This document shows positions 1 to 11,083 of a DNA stretch of 64,000 nucleotides, piece after piece. Source of the stretch: an uncultured Rivularia sp. (GTDB lineage: Bacteria > Cyanobacteriota > Cyanobacteriia > Cyanobacteriales > Nostocaceae); NCBI GenBank assembly GCA_963665115.1, contig OY762007.1, forward strand, positions 6,592,001-6,656,000, written 5' to 3'. Positions within the stretch are counted from its first letter, which is position 1. The number at the start of each line of letters is the position of its first letter. Made by a program: the position numbers and the translations under genes. The notes under the pieces were generated by a model, which was given only the letters and a program-made list of their open reading frames with translations, was not told the DNA's origin and ran no database searches.

Positions 1-182
1 ATCCCAGCGCTTATTACGGTGCTGGATTGGCATTTATACAAATGAAACAATATCCCGATGCCATGCGCGTATTACAATACTCTAGGGATTTATTCTTAGC
101 ACAAAATAATCAGCTATGGGCTAGTAACGCCGAACAGCTTATGCAGCAAGCACAAAGCTTTACTTATCAAATTCCTCGATAA
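1..182 (+). CDS. 3' end of a TPR-like protein (partial, runs off the window start)
   Basis: The frame from nt 3 reads PSAYYGAGLALYKMKQYPDAMRVLQYSRDLF...QIPR, with TAA at 180-182. AYYGAGLALYKM..Y.DA is a TPR helix pattern. Confidence 0.6.
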   Translation, partial: PSAYYGAGLAFIQMKQYPDAMRVLQYSRDLFLAQNNQLWASNAEQLMQQAQSFTYQIPR

Positions 183-282
183 AAAGTTATCAATACTGCT
201 GCTAACTAGCAACAAGGTACGTCACAATATAAAGAATTGCTCGAACAATGGCTGGTGTGGTCTGTAGTTCTCTTGGTAGTTC

Positions 283-852
283 ATGTTTATGTTTGTGAAA
301 AAACGTCCCAAAAGCCAATTTCTATTATGGAACCGTTGGTTAGATCGGCACAGAATAGTCAGCAATATGGAGACTTTTTGCGACTTAGTTGTTATTTCTC
401 TATGTTTTTGTTTGTTCTCTGTAATGGTAGTCAAGTTATGGGGGATATTTCACGATATATTGCATTCTGTTAATTACAAAGAAGTAACTGCAAAAATGCT
501 ATTTATTTTAATTTTAGTCGAGTTATTTCGACTATTAGTGGTGTATCTACAAGAGCATAGCATTGCAGTTGGAGTCGCCGTGGAAGTAACGATTGTATCT
601 TTGCTACGAGAGGTAATCGTTCATGGTGCGATGGAAATTTCTTGGATTCAAGTAGCTTCTATTTGTGGTTTATTAATAATTTTGGGTGTATTACTACTCG
701 TGTGCGCTAAAACTCCACATATGGATTGTATTAGCGCTAATACTAAATATTGTCCTTTTATTTATCCTGACGACAACCAAGAATCTTCTGGAGGTTGTGG
801 GCAAGGAAGAACATCGAATCATTATCAGGAGAATAGGCAAGTTAAAACTTAG
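283..852 (+). CDS. Phosphate-starvation-inducible PsiE-family membrane protein
   Basis: Four hydrophobic segments; ILILVELFRLLVVYL...VEVTIVSLLREVIV is typical of PsiE-like proteins. Start codon uncertain. Confidence 0.75.
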   Translation: MFMFVKKRPKSQFLLWNRWLDRHRIVSNMETFCDLVVISLCFCLFSVMVVKLWGIFHDILHSVNYKEVTAKMLFILILVELFRLLVVYLQEHSIAVGVAVEVTIVSLLREVIVHGAMEISWIQVASICGLLIILGVLLLVCAKTPHMDCISANTKYCPFIYPDDNQESSGGCGQGRTSNHYQENRQVKT

Positions 853-877
853 CCTTTATCTATATTTTAATTTGATG

Positions 878-902
878 AAAACCCGTCAATGGCGGGTTTT
901 TT
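878..902 (+). terminator. Intrinsic terminator
   Basis: AAAACCCG-tcaatgg-CGGGTTTT hairpin plus T-run, 25 nt after the stop codon. Confidence 0.7.
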
Positions 903-904
903 AA

Positions 905-990
905 TTGGGGATTGGGGATTGGGCATGGGGGATTGGGGATTGGGGATTGGGGATTGGGCATGGGGAATTGGGCATGGGGAATTGGGGAAT
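905..990. repeat. STRR-type heptamer tandem array (TGGGGAT/TGGGCAT)
   Basis: Direct tandem G-rich heptamers; the same family occurs at 26885-26930, 27030-27058, 41635-41668 and 52457-52475. Confidence 0.85.
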
Positions 991-1062
991 AAATTTTTTA
1001 TATTTCTACCCGTTATAATTTAATGTTAGAAATATTCCGTAATTGGGTTATTTCAGCCTAAA

Positions 1063-1128
1063 TAAACCCGGTTTCTATTCGTGAAGATATGAATATATTG
1101 TTATCTAATCAACAAGAAACCGGGTTTA
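1063..1128. repeat. Small inverted-repeat element
   Basis: TAAACCCGGTTTCT (1063-1076) and AGAAACCGGGTTTA (1115-1128) are perfect 14-bp inverted repeats; a related hairpin lies at 48591-48620. Confidence 0.6.
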
Positions 1129-1307
1129 TAACACCCTTGTAAAATGTGAAGTTGGAATACCGCTAAATTAAACCGCTTGCTACAATTTTGACAAAGCTGA
1201 TTGATATAATCTGGGCTTTTTCTCAATATAATTACGGTTTTTATGTTTTAGGGGTAAAAATAGTCTTTAGTAATTGAGCATAATATTTCACTAAGATTAA
1301 TAAAAAT

Positions 1308-1625
1308 ATGAATAAAAAAAATATTACTAAAATTGCTGTTGGTTTCGTAATTGCTTATACCCTTTCTTATGTCGGGATTCGATTAACAAGTAACAGCATT
1401 GTTCATGGTTCCGGAACTTCTGGCTGTACTTATTATTATCATAGTGTGGAACCGGGGGACTCTGGTATCATCGGTTTATTGATTAATGGACAATTGGCAT
1501 TGCTATTTACTCCTTTACGTTGGCTGGAAGTGAGATATTGGTACGCAGTTCAACCAGTTGGTTCCCAACTTTCAGAACAGGATAAAAAGCGTAATAAATT
1601 TGCATCTTGTACCAATGAAACTTGA
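1308..1625 (+). CDS. Hypothetical membrane or secreted protein
   Basis: 105-aa ORF with a basic N-terminus and a hydrophobic segment. Confidence 0.6.
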   Translation: MNKKNITKIAVGFVIAYTLSYVGIRLTSNSIVHGSGTSGCTYYYHSVEPGDSGIIGLLINGQLALLFTPLRWLEVRYWYAVQPVGSQLSEQDKKRNKFASCTNET

Positions 1626-1790
1626 TGTTAAAGCTGTTCAAATTATAATATCTCAAAAGAAAAATTTTGACTCTATAGCAAGGATGTATTTAATCCTACC
1701 CTTTTGGACAGATGAATAACTTTTACCCAATCGGTAAAAGTGAAAAAAGCGCGAATTGTGCTTTCAATTATCTGGGCGCGTTGTATGAAC

Positions 1791-2171
1791 CTATTGAGAA
1801 TAATTTTCTCTCTTAAAGGATAAATAACGACTTAAATCTTTGTTAGTAGCCATATAAATTGGAATAATGGCACAGAGAACAACCATAATCAAACTTCCAA
1901 CGACGAGAATGGTAGAGAGCTTTGAACTGAGAGCCAAAACCATTGCGATTAAAAGCACAACCAGCAAACTACAGATACCCATCAACAGATATTTTGCCCA
2001 TTTTCGCCCTTGCAAAACAAAGTACATAACTATGATTGTTAGTAAGATGCGTCCAATTGCCCACTTATCCCGTGCAATCACGACTAACGCTATATCTAGG
2101 ATACAAAGCACCACAAACATAGTTAGTAATGTATTTCGAGCTTTCAAGGCAGATAGATCTGGTTGGAGCAT
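1791..2171 (-). CDS. Hypothetical integral membrane protein
   Basis: Four hydrophobic helices; the ATG at 2171 (MLQPDL) is preferred over the upstream start in the ORF track. Confidence 0.65.
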   Translation of the reverse strand: MLQPDLSALKARNTLLTMFVVLCILDIALVVIARDKWAIGRILLTIIVMYFVLQGRKWAKYLLMGICSLLVVLLIAMVLALSSKLSTILVVGSLIMVVLCAIIPIYMATNKDLSRYLSFKRENYSQ

Positions 2172-2387
2172 AGCTTTTGGATGATGTTCTAAGGATAAAA
2201 TTAGAAAAAATCTTCGTTTCAATCCAATATTAGTGGTTAACTTCTCGTTTACGTGTAAATTTTCCCGCCCACCTACTTACACGCCAAGAAAACGGTTTGT
2301 TAGGCGCGAAACACATACTCCATCACAGTTTAAATTAACTATCGCGCCATAACGCACCCTACATTTCAATTACCAATCACCAATTAC

Positions 2388-3716
2388 CTATTCACTTTCC
2401 AATTGACTCAAATTGATTGATTCATTGTGCAATATTCTGACCAAAATCTTATCAACGCGGTTGCCATCCATATTCATGACTTCAAAACGCATATCTTTCC
2501 ATTCAAAGTGATCTGTAGCGATGGGAATCCGACCTAAATGAGTCATAACTAAGCCACCTAATGTTTGGTAACTGTCGCGGGAGTGGGATTCTATTTCTTC
2601 TTCCATGTCGAAAAGTTCAAAAAACTCATCCATTGTTAACATCCCATCGAGTAACCACGAACCATCGTCTCTTTGTACGGCTTGTGGTTCTTCTTCCTCA
2701 TCGTCATCGTTAGGGACATCACCGACAATTTCAATTAATATGTCGTTCAATGTTACCAATCCTTGAATTACTCCATATTCATCAACCACCAACGCTACAT
2801 GATTAACGGTTTGCTTGAATATCTCTAAAACTTTTAACCCACGGGTGCTTTCGGGTACGAATATCGGCTCTCGCAATCCTACCGTTAAATCCATCTGTTC
2901 TCCAGTAAAACAGCGAGCTAATAAGTTGGTGACTGGAATAATTCCCAATATATTATCTAATCCTTCTTGACACACCGGATACCGCGAATAGCCATTTTCA
3001 ATAATTTTCTCGCGGTTTTGAGTAATATTATCTACCAAATCCAACCAGATCATTTCCGGACGTGGTGTCATGAACGAACTTACCGGGCGATCGCCTAAAC
3101 GAAACACCCGCTCTACCATGTCCTGCTCTACTTCTTCAAAGGTTCCTTCTTCGGTGCCTTGTTCGATTAATACTTTGATTTCTTCTTCTGTAATTTGCGG
3201 TTCGGTGGAAGGTTTAATTCCTAATAATCGTACTATTGTATCTGTACAAACACTTAATATAAATACAACTGGGTAAGCAATTTTTACTAAGTTTTTTATC
3301 GGCAAAGCAACAATAGTCGCAATTAACTCTGGGTGATTTAGCGCCAAACGCTTGGGTACGAGTTCACCGAGAATAATCGCTAAAAATGTAATAATTACTA
3401 CTGATATACCATGAGCTACCTGAAATTGATATAAAGGAATAAAATTTAAAAGTGGATATATTCTTTCATAAATAATTTGTTCTCCGAAGGCACCAGCGAC
3501 GATAGTAACTAAAGTTATCCCGACTTGAACGGTACCTAAAAATTGGGTCGGAGAGGAAGCTAACTCAAAAGCGGCTCTGGCTCTGGTGTTTCCTTGGTTG
3601 GCAAGCTGTTGTAAACGGACTTTACGAGCGGAAACTATCGCTAACTCCGACATGACGAACATGGCATTAGCGAAAATCAGCAGAAAAATAATTAATAACT
3701 CAAAATTAAGGGACAT
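2388..3716 (-). CDS. Hemolysin-family / CNNM-CBS-CorC (HlyC/CorC) transporter-associated protein
   Basis: N-terminal DUF21/CNNM (FANAMFVMSELAIVSARK, GELVPKRLAL), CBS pair (YSRYPV, VVDEYG..GLVT..DI) and C-terminal CorC domain (GSWLLDG, YQTLGG). Confidence 0.9.
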   Translation of the reverse strand: MSLNFELLIIFLLIFANAMFVMSELAIVSARKVRLQQLANQGNTRARAAFELASSPTQFLGTVQVGITLVTIVAGAFGEQIIYERIYPLLNFIPLYQFQVAHGISVVIITFLAIILGELVPKRLALNHPELIATIVALPIKNLVKIAYPVVFILSVCTDTIVRLLGIKPSTEPQITEEEIKVLIEQGTEEGTFEEVEQDMVERVFRLGDRPVSSFMTPRPEMIWLDLVDNITQNREKIIENGYSRYPVCQEGLDNILGIIPVTNLLARCFTGEQMDLTVGLREPIFVPESTRGLKVLEIFKQTVNHVALVVDEYGVIQGLVTLNDILIEIVGDVPNDDDEEEEPQAVQRDDGSWLLDGMLTMDEFFELFDMEEEIESHSRDSYQTLGGLVMTHLGRIPIATDHFEWKDMRFEVMNMDGNRVDKILVRILHNESINLSQLESE

Positions 3717-4178
3717 TCTAAAAAATTGCCGTTCTTTTTCGGCTAGTTATGCACGGTTATAGTCTTTAAGTATTTAGCATCCCAGACGTACTAAGAAAAG
3801 ACTCTAAATACATAAAATTTAAAATTTAATCCGAGAAAGAAACTTCTTGCCGAATACAGAACACACTTACGTATAGTAGGCAGGGGCCAGTGTGGTAATT
3901 TTACTAGTAAAAAACGGTAATGAGCAAAATTGACCGTTGACGCTTCTAAAATAGTTAAGTAGGCATTCATAAAAAAGACTTGTTGCCTGTATTTTAGAAA
4001 AGGGATAATTTCTTTACTTATACCTCGATTTATTGAGGTAAAGGTCTGTTATATCTACAAATCAACCTTTACGATCGGCTAAATCTCCCGTGCCAACTCC
4101 AGCACCATAGTAGGTCGTATTGCGGTTTAGCTAAAGGGATGCGGCTGATTTTAATTACGAATTACGAATTATAAAGTT

Positions 4179-7100
4179 ATGGCTTTTTCTTCCATAGTGC
4201 GTGCTTTGGGGCGTACCCCTCTCACCACCGAACTACTTTCTAAGTTAAAGACTCAAACACAATTACAGTTAAATGGGATTCCACGTTTACCAAAAGGGTT
4301 GGTTGCTTCGGCATTAGCGAATAGTTCGGAGCGGAACTTATTTGTAGTCTGCGCTACTTTGGAAGAAGCCGGACGTTGGACTACACAATTGGAAGCGATG
4401 GGATGGAAGACTATACATTTTTATCCCACTTCTGAAGCTTCCCCCTACGAACCGTTCGATCCCGAAACAGAAATGACTTGGGGGCAAATGCAGGTTCTCG
4501 CCGATTTAATTAAGTTAACTCCCCAATCTGAAAAGTCGGATAATTCTGACTCTGTAGCAGTAATCGCCACTCAAGCAGCTTTACAACCCCATTTACCACC
4601 TCCCGAAGCATTCAAGCCTTTCTGTTTGAATATTGCCAAGGGAATGGAATTTAATCTGGGTACCTTTGCCAAAAAAATGGCTGCTTTGGGATACGAAAGA
4701 GTTCCTTTGGTTGAAATGGAAGGTACTTGGAGCCGTCGGGGAGATATTGTAGATGTGTTTCCCGTATCTTCGGAATTACCTGTACGTTTGGATTGGTTTG
4801 GCGACGAAATCGACCAAATCCGCGAATTCGATCCTTCTACTCAGCGTTCTGCTTTAGATAAAATTAACCAAATAATTCTTACTCCTACTAGTTTTGCTCC
4901 TATCTTAATGTCAGACACACAATTTAGTGCGTCTATAGAAAATTATCTATCACCAGAAGAAAAAGAACAGTTAGAATCGGGACGGTTATTAGAAGGTACC
5001 CGCAGATTCTTGGGTGTAGCTTACGAAAAACCCGCTTCTTTATTAGATTATTTACCAGAAAATACTTTAGTTGCCGTTGATGAAATAGAGCAGTGTTACG
5101 CTCACAGTTTGCTTTGGGTGGAGAATGCCCAGGAGCAATGGCTTGGGGAAGGAGAGGGGGAGAGGGGGGGACAAGGGGATGATGATAATTCTCTTATTAC
5201 CGATGCCCAATCCCCGATGCCCGATGCCCAATCCCCCATGCCCCATATTCAATTACCAAAAATTCACCGTTTTTGGGAAGATTGTCTCAAAGATTTAGAT
5301 AAATTTGAAAGTTTGTATTTGTCGGAGATTGCTGAGGAAGGTGATGATGCTGTTAATTTGGCGGCTCGTTCGATTCCGGTGACTCCTCATGCTTTTGCAA
5401 AGTTGGCGGAGACTTTAAGGGAAGAGCGCGATCGCAATTTTAATATTTGGCTAATTTCGGCTCAACCTTCTCGTTCGGTTTCTCTTTTACAGGAACACGA
5501 TTGTCCGGCTCAGTTTATTCCTAACCCCCGCGATTATCAAGCTATCGATCGCTCGTTGACTAGTCACGTACCTGTAGCTGTGAAATATTCGGGGTTGGCT
5601 GAGTTAGAAGGTTTTATTTTACCTACTTACAGAATTGTTGTTGTCACCGATAAGGAATTCTACGGACAGCATACTTTAGCGACTCCCGGTTATGTCCGCA
5701 AGCGTCGTAAAGCTAGTTCTAAGCAGGTAGATCCTAACAAGTTACGTCCGGGTGATTATGTAATTCATAGAAATCACGGTTTAGGCCAATTTATTAAGTT
5801 GGAAAGTCTGACATTAAATCATGAAACCCGCGATTATTTAGTTGTTAAGTATGCAGATGGATTATTACGAGTAGCAGCCGATCAAGTTGGTGCTTTATCT
5901 CGTTTTCGGACAACTACCAACTCGTCACCGCAATTAAATAAAATGACGGGTAAGGCTTGGGAAAATACAAAGAATAAAGTCCGCAAAACCGTTAAAAAAT
6001 TAGCGGTTGATTTATTAAGACTGTATTCTCAACGCACCCAACAAACTGGTTTTACCTATCCCCAGGATTCCCCTTGGCAGGAAGAGATGGAAGATTCTTT
6101 TCCTTATCAACCTACAATCGATCAGTTAAAAGCAACCCAAGATGTCAAACGGGATATGGAAAGCGAACGTCCGATGGATCGTTTGGTTTGCGGTGATGTG
6201 GGTTTTGGTAAAACTGAGGTGGCAATAAGAGCGATTTTCAAAGCTGTGACTTCTGGTAAACAAGTTGCATTACTCGCACCTACAACAATTCTTACCCAGC
6301 AGCATTATCACACTTTAAAAGAACGATTTGCACCTTACCCGATCGAAGTTGGATTGCTCAACCGTTTTCGTAGTGCTGAAGAAAAACGGAATATTCAAAA
6401 ACGATTGCTGACGGGAGAATTAGATATAGTTGTCGGTACCCATCAACTTTTAGGTAAAAGCGTTCAAATTAAAGATTTAGGATTATTAGTAGTAGATGAA
6501 GAGCAAAGATTTGGGGTTAATCAAAAAGAGAAAATAAAATCCTTGAAAACTCAAGTTGACGTACTTACTTTAAGTGCAACACCAATTCCCCGTACTTTGT
6601 ATATGTCCTTATCGGGAATAAGAGAAATGAGTTTGATTACCACACCACCACCATCAAGAAGACCAATTAAAACTCATCTTTCACCAATGAATCCCGAACC
6701 GATTCGTACCGCCATACGTCAAGAGTTAGACAGAGGCGGACAAGTATTTTACGTAGTTCCGCGAGTCGATGGAATTGAAGACAAATCGGCATTTATCCGA
6801 GAAATGATACCGAATGCAAAGATTGCGATCGCGCACGGCCAAATGGAAGCCAGCGAATTAGAATCGATCATGCTTTCTTTCAGTAGTGGGGAAGCAGATA
6901 TTTTAATTTGTACGACTATTATTGAATCGGGTTTGGACATTCCGCGAGTTAATACAATATTAGTAGAAGATGCTCATAAATTTGGATTGGCGCAACTTTA
7001 TCAGTTGAGGGGAAGAGTTGGGCGGGCTGGAATTCAAGCTCATGCATGGTTATTTTATCCCAGACAAAGATCGTTATCGGAAGCAGCCAGGAAAAGATTG

Positions 7101-7757
7101 CGAGCAATTCAGGAATTTACCCAGCTAGGTTCCGGTTATCAACTAGCAATGCGAGACATGGAAATCAGGGGGGTTGGTAACTTATTGGGAGCAGAGCAAT
7201 CGGGACAAATGAACGTTATCGGCTTCGATTTATATATGGAAATGTTAGAAGAAGCCATTCGGGAAATTCGCGGACAAGAAATTCCGACAGTGGAAGATAC
7301 ACAAATCGATTTGAATTTGACAGCGTTTATTCCAGCAGATTATATTACCGACTTAGATCAGAAAATGAGCGCTTATCGTGCGGTAGCAGTAGCCAATTCC
7401 AAACAAGAATTAACATTAATAGCAGCCGAATGGAACGATAGATACGGTAAAGTACCCACATCAGCTAATGATTTGTTACGGGTTATGGAATTAAAGCAAT
7501 TAGCCAAGAACTTGGGATTTAGCCGGATAAAACCAGATGGGAAACAACATATTGTTTTAGAAACTCCGATGGAAGAACCCGGTTGGAAATTGTTAGCAGA
7601 AAAACTACCGCAGAATATGATGAGTAGGTTTGTATATTCTCCTGGGAAAGTAACAGTTAGAGGATTGGGAGTAATGAAAGCAGATGTGCAATTGCAAACC
7701 TTGATAGATGCATTTATTAAGATGCAGGATGCTGTGCCCGAAGTTGTGATGGTATAG
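4179..7757 (+). CDS. mfd: Transcription-repair coupling factor
   Basis: 1192 aa; [10 protein letters not shown], CarD-like domain, [43 protein letters not shown] and TRCF C-terminus. Confidence 0.97.
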   Translation: MAFSSIVRALGRTPLTTELLSKLKTQTQLQLNGIPRLPKGLVASALANSSERNLFVVCATLEEAGRWTTQLEAMGWKTIHFYPTSEASPYEPFDPETEMTWGQMQVLADLIKLTPQSEKSDNSDSVAVIATQAALQPHLPPPEAFKPFCLNIAKGMEFNLGTFAKKMAALGYERVPLVEMEGTWSRRGDIVDVFPVSSELPVRLDWFGDEIDQIREFDPSTQRSALDKINQIILTPTSFAPILMSDTQFSASIENYLSPEEKEQLESGRLLEGTRRFLGVAYEKPASLLDYLPENTLVAVDEIEQCYAHSLLWVENAQEQWLGEGEGERGGQGDDDNSLITDAQSPMPDAQSPMPHIQLPKIHRFWEDCLKDLDKFESLYLSEIAEEGDDAVNLAARSIPVTPHAFAKLAETLREERDRNFNIWLISAQPSRSVSLLQEHDCPAQFIPNPRDYQAIDRSLTSHVPVAVKYSGLAELEGFILPTYRIVVVTDKEFYGQHTLATPGYVRKRRKASSKQVDPNKLRPGDYVIHRNHGLGQFIKLESLTLNHETRDYLVVKYADGLLRVAADQVGALSRFRTTTNSSPQLNKMTGKAWENTKNKVRKTVKKLAVDLLRLYSQRTQQTGFTYPQDSPWQEEMEDSFPYQPTIDQLKATQDVKRDMESERPMDRLVCGDVGFGKTEVAIRAIFKAVTSGKQVALLAPTTILTQQHYHTLKERFAPYPIEVGLLNRFRSAEEKRNIQKRLLTGELDIVVGTHQLLGKSVQIKDLGLLVVDEEQRFGVNQKEKIKSLKTQVDVLTLSATPIPRTLYMSLSGIREMSLITTPPPSRRPIKTHLSPMNPEPIRTAIRQELDRGGQVFYVVPRVDGIEDKSAFIREMIPNAKIAIAHGQMEASELESIMLSFSSGEADILICTTIIESGLDIPRVNTILVEDAHKFGLAQLYQLRGRVGRAGIQAHAWLFYPRQRSLSEAARKRLRAIQEFTQLGSGYQLAMRDMEIRGVGNLLGAEQSGQMNVIGFDLYMEMLEEAIREIRGQEIPTVEDTQIDLNLTAFIPADYITDLDQKMSAYRAVAVANSKQELTLIAAEWNDRYGKVPTSANDLLRVMELKQLAKNLGFSRIKPDGKQHIVLETPMEEPGWKLLAEKLPQNMMSRFVYSPGKVTVRGLGVMKADVQLQTLIDAFIKMQDAVPEVVMV

Positions 7758-7778
7758 GTTAATTTTTGGAATGAATAT

Positions 7779-7982
7779 CTGGCGATTGAAAATACCCGGT
7801 GATTGAAATCGCGTCTACACAGGCAAAACCCAGATGGTGCGTGGGTTTAGGTTTGTAGTTTGCGCTTCAGCGCTTCTTTTATTCGTAGAAAGCCCGACGA
7901 TTCAAATCGCACGTTGCTACAACGGCTGCGTTCCCCCGCAACGCAGTAGCTTGTCTACACAGGCAAAATCCACCTGGGTTTA
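7779..7982. repeat. Two degenerate tandem copies of a small dispersed palindromic element
   Basis: GATTGAAATCGC..TCTACACAGGCAAAA..CC...GGGTT occurs at about 7800-7848 and 7898-7981; the second copy carries an inserted GC-rich hairpin (about 7911-7951). Related copy at 57258-57333. Confidence 0.6.
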
Positions 7983-8139
7983 TTTGTAAGGTGCTGTTAT
8001 TAGGAGAGTACAGCACCATTCTTATATTGTTATTAAGCGGGATTTACCGATTACAAAATCAATATATAGTTGTTATTAATTGTGTATTAACTGTTTATTT
8101 AATTTAAATAAAATAAGTAATAATACATAGATATTAACA

Positions 8140-8586
8140 ATGAAAAAATTAATCTCAATTCTTTTAAGTACAATCACATTAACAGCTTGTTCCTCAGATA
8201 CATCTTCAGTTGCGTTACAAAGAGGAAATAATGGTAAAAACTTTGAGAATTGGTGTAAAGAGAAATCAACCTTACCTGAAGAGACACAGATTACGATTGA
8301 AATATTGTTAAAAGAAGCAGGTACTCAAGATTGTAGAAAAGCTAATCTAAAACTTGATAAATTAACTTACCTTTCTTTGACTCAGCTTCTACTTGGGCAA
8401 AATCAAATAAGTGACATCAAACCGCTTTCTAATTTGACTAATTTAACTAGACTTACTTTTCAACACAATAAAATAACTGACATAAAACCACTTTCTAATT
8501 TAACTAATTTGACTTGGCTTCAGCTTGATACAAATAGAATCACTGATATAAAACCGCTTTCTAATTTTTTAATTATAAATAATTAA
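8140..8586 (+). pseudogene. Internalin-like LRR lipoprotein, 3'-truncated
   Basis: Lipobox ITLTAC, Cys-containing N-cap and about 3 LRRs. It lacks the C-terminal CPxxxxxxC cap found in the intact paralogues and ends overlapping the stop of the convergent gene. Confidence 0.65.
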
Positions 8587-8948
8587 TATCCCTCTCCAGA
8601 AAACTCCTTTCTCAAAATACTATCTGCATTATCAATACAAGCTTCATACTTATCTTGCTCTGTTTCTTCAGGCAATTGAATGCATTCCCATTGCAAATAA
8701 AATCTTCTAACCTCGCTGTCAATATTGAAATTAATTGAAGCATCATTTTCTAAAGCTGTTTTATAGCAATCTGTAAACTTATCCCTATCCTTAATAAAGT
8801 CAATACAGCTTTCTTGATGATTACTTAACTTGTTCCAAGTCCTCATTTGTGTATTTTGCTCCATTCCAGCGGACGCATCGTATAAACTGCATCCCGTCAA
8901 TAAAATAGCTGCGATATGAATTAAAGAGATATATTTATATTTTTTCAT
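8583..8948 (-). CDS. Small Cys-rich lipoprotein
   Basis: Lipobox LLTGC; four further Cys; 121 aa. Confidence 0.7.
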   Translation of the reverse strand: MKKYKYISLIHIAAILLTGCSLYDASAGMEQNTQMRTWNKLSNHQESCIDFIKDRDKFTDCYKTALENDASINFNIDSEVRRFYLQWECIQLPEETEQDKYEACIDNADSILRKEFSGEGY

Positions 8949-9111
8949 TTGCGTTTTTGAAGGGTGGTTTTATCTATAGACTGCAAACCACAACTCTAGT
9001 TTCTCTAGATATGATTTCCAATTAATTCCGTTAGTGCGTTCAGCTATGCTGCCTCTATCGCGCAGATGTGCAGCTAATGGCATTAAGGTGAAGCTTCGGA
9101 ACTCCTTCTCT

Positions 9112-9184
9112 ACATCAAATCTTTAATCAAACCGAGTTGATACCTTACGAAATCAAGATTGTGTGTTATGAAGTATGTATTAGA
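9112..9184 (+). promoter_or_regulatory. Conserved upstream element of LRR genes (copy 1)
   Basis: ACATCAAATCTTTAATCAAA...ATACCTTACGAAAT...TGTTATGAAGTATGTATT, also at 21297-21366 and 22887-22959, each about 35-50 nt before an LRR start codon. Confidence 0.6.
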
Positions 9185-9230
9185 CAACTTTTATAGTCTC
9201 TAATGATACTATATGTTACGTAATAACACT

Positions 9231-10796
9231 ATGAAACAAAATATAATATTCCTTTTCACTCTAATTACTATTACATCCTGTACGAAAAACGAACAAACAG
9301 TCGCAACCCCACAACCGGACATCTCTTACGACAGTTTCATAGAATGGTGCGAACAAAAATCTACACTACCAAAAGAAACGAAACATACAGTAGAAGTGCT
9401 GTTGAAAAAAGCTGCTACTCAAGATTGTCAGCAAGCAGATGAAAAACTTAGCGATTTGACCGAACTCGATGTTATGGGAAGTGGAATAAGTAACATAAAA
9501 CCGCTTTCTGGGTTTACTAAATTGACTAAACTTTACCTTGGTTATAATAACAAAATAAGTGACATAAAACCGCTTGCAAATTTAACTAATTTAACTATTC
9601 TTAGGCTTGAACAAAATCATCTTAACGATATAAAACCGCTTGCTAAGTTAACTAAATTGACCTGGCTTGAGCTTACCAGAAATAAAATAAGTGACGTAAA
9701 ACCGCTCTCTAATTTAACTAATCTGACGACCCTTAGAATTAACGAAAACCAAATAAGTGATGTCAAACCACTTGAAAATTTAACTAATTTGACTGAACTT
9801 GGTCTTGGAGAAAACCAAATAAGTGATGTCAAACCACTTGAAAATTTAACTAATTTGACTCACCTTAATCTTGGAAAAAATCAAATAAGTGACATAAAAC
9901 CGCTTGCGAATTTAACTAAGCTAAATTACCTATTTTTAGGAACAAATCAAATAAGTGACTTAAAACCACTTGAAAATTTAACTAATTTGACTGACCTTTA
10001 CCTTTGGAATAATAAAATAGGTGACGTAAAACCGCTAGCGAATTTAACTAATTTGACTCAACTTACTATTACAAATAATCAAATCAACGATATAAAACCT
10101 TTAGCTTCCTTAACTAAATTGAATTCGTTGGAAGTTGGAACAAATAAAATAACTGACGTAAAACCGATTTCGACCTTAACTAATTTATATACTTTGCAAC
10201 TTAATAATAATAAAATAAGTAACTTGCAGCCGCTTGAAAATTTAAGCAACTTGACTCTACTTCAACTTGAAAATAATCAGATAGAAGATGTAAAACCGCT
10301 TGCTAATTTGAATAAACTGACTGACCTTTCCCTTGGGGAAAATAAAATAAGTGATGTCAAACCGCTGAAAAATTTGACTAAACTAACTAGTATTAGGCTT
10401 CACAGTAATCAAATGAGTGACCTAAAACCACTTTCTTCATTGACCAATTTAACTTCGCTTGGGCTTGGGGGAAATAAAATAAGTGACCTAAACCCACTTG
10501 CAAATTTAATTAATTTGGAGCAACTTGAACTTACAAATAATCAAATTAATGATGTAAAACCGCTCTCTTCACTGATTAAGTTAACTGGACTTCACCTTAA
10601 GCAAAATCAAATTAGCAACGTCAAACCGCTCTCTTCACTGACCAATTTGACTTGGATTAATCTTAAATATAATCAAATAAGTGATGTAAAATCGCTTTCT
10701 TCACTGAATAATTTGAATTTGCTTTTTCTTGAGGAGAATAAATTCTCTTTCTTTAATAAACACTGTCCTAGAAAAGATATTACATGTTCTTTCTGA
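9231..10796 (+). CDS. Internalin-like LRR lipoprotein
   Basis: Lipobox ITITSC; N-cap F.EWCEQKSTLPKETKHTVEVLL..A.TQDC; about 20 22-aa LRRs; C-terminal CPRKDITC. Alternative ATG at 9213. Confidence 0.9.
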   Translation: MKQNIIFLFTLITITSCTKNEQTVATPQPDISYDSFIEWCEQKSTLPKETKHTVEVLLKKAATQDCQQADEKLSDLTELDVMGSGISNIKPLSGFTKLTKLYLGYNNKISDIKPLANLTNLTILRLEQNHLNDIKPLAKLTKLTWLELTRNKISDVKPLSNLTNLTTLRINENQISDVKPLENLTNLTELGLGENQISDVKPLENLTNLTHLNLGKNQISDIKPLANLTKLNYLFLGTNQISDLKPLENLTNLTDLYLWNNKIGDVKPLANLTNLTQLTITNNQINDIKPLASLTKLNSLEVGTNKITDVKPISTLTNLYTLQLNNNKISNLQPLENLSNLTLLQLENNQIEDVKPLANLNKLTDLSLGENKISDVKPLKNLTKLTSIRLHSNQMSDLKPLSSLTNLTSLGLGGNKISDLNPLANLINLEQLELTNNQINDVKPLSSLIKLTGLHLKQNQISNVKPLSSLTNLTWINLKYNQISDVKSLSSLNNLNLLFLEENKFSFFNKHCPRKDITCSF

Positions 10797-11083
10797 AGAA
10801 TGATTATATATTTCCTTTTTTTTGAATAATCAGATTATTAGCATAAATTAACCATTACTTAATCAATAACGGATTAACTCAGAATAATTACCATAACTTG
10901 TTTGTAAACCCCGAAAACATAACAAATCTATAGCTAAGTGAGTAATGAAGGATTTTTCATAGAAGTGATTTGTTGTTTTTGGGGTTCCCCCGAGTTGTGA
11001 AATAGTTCGTAAGTAATGGAAGAAAACAAGATAATCCTGAATCAAATAAAATTTAAATTTTGAATACAATTAATAAATATATG

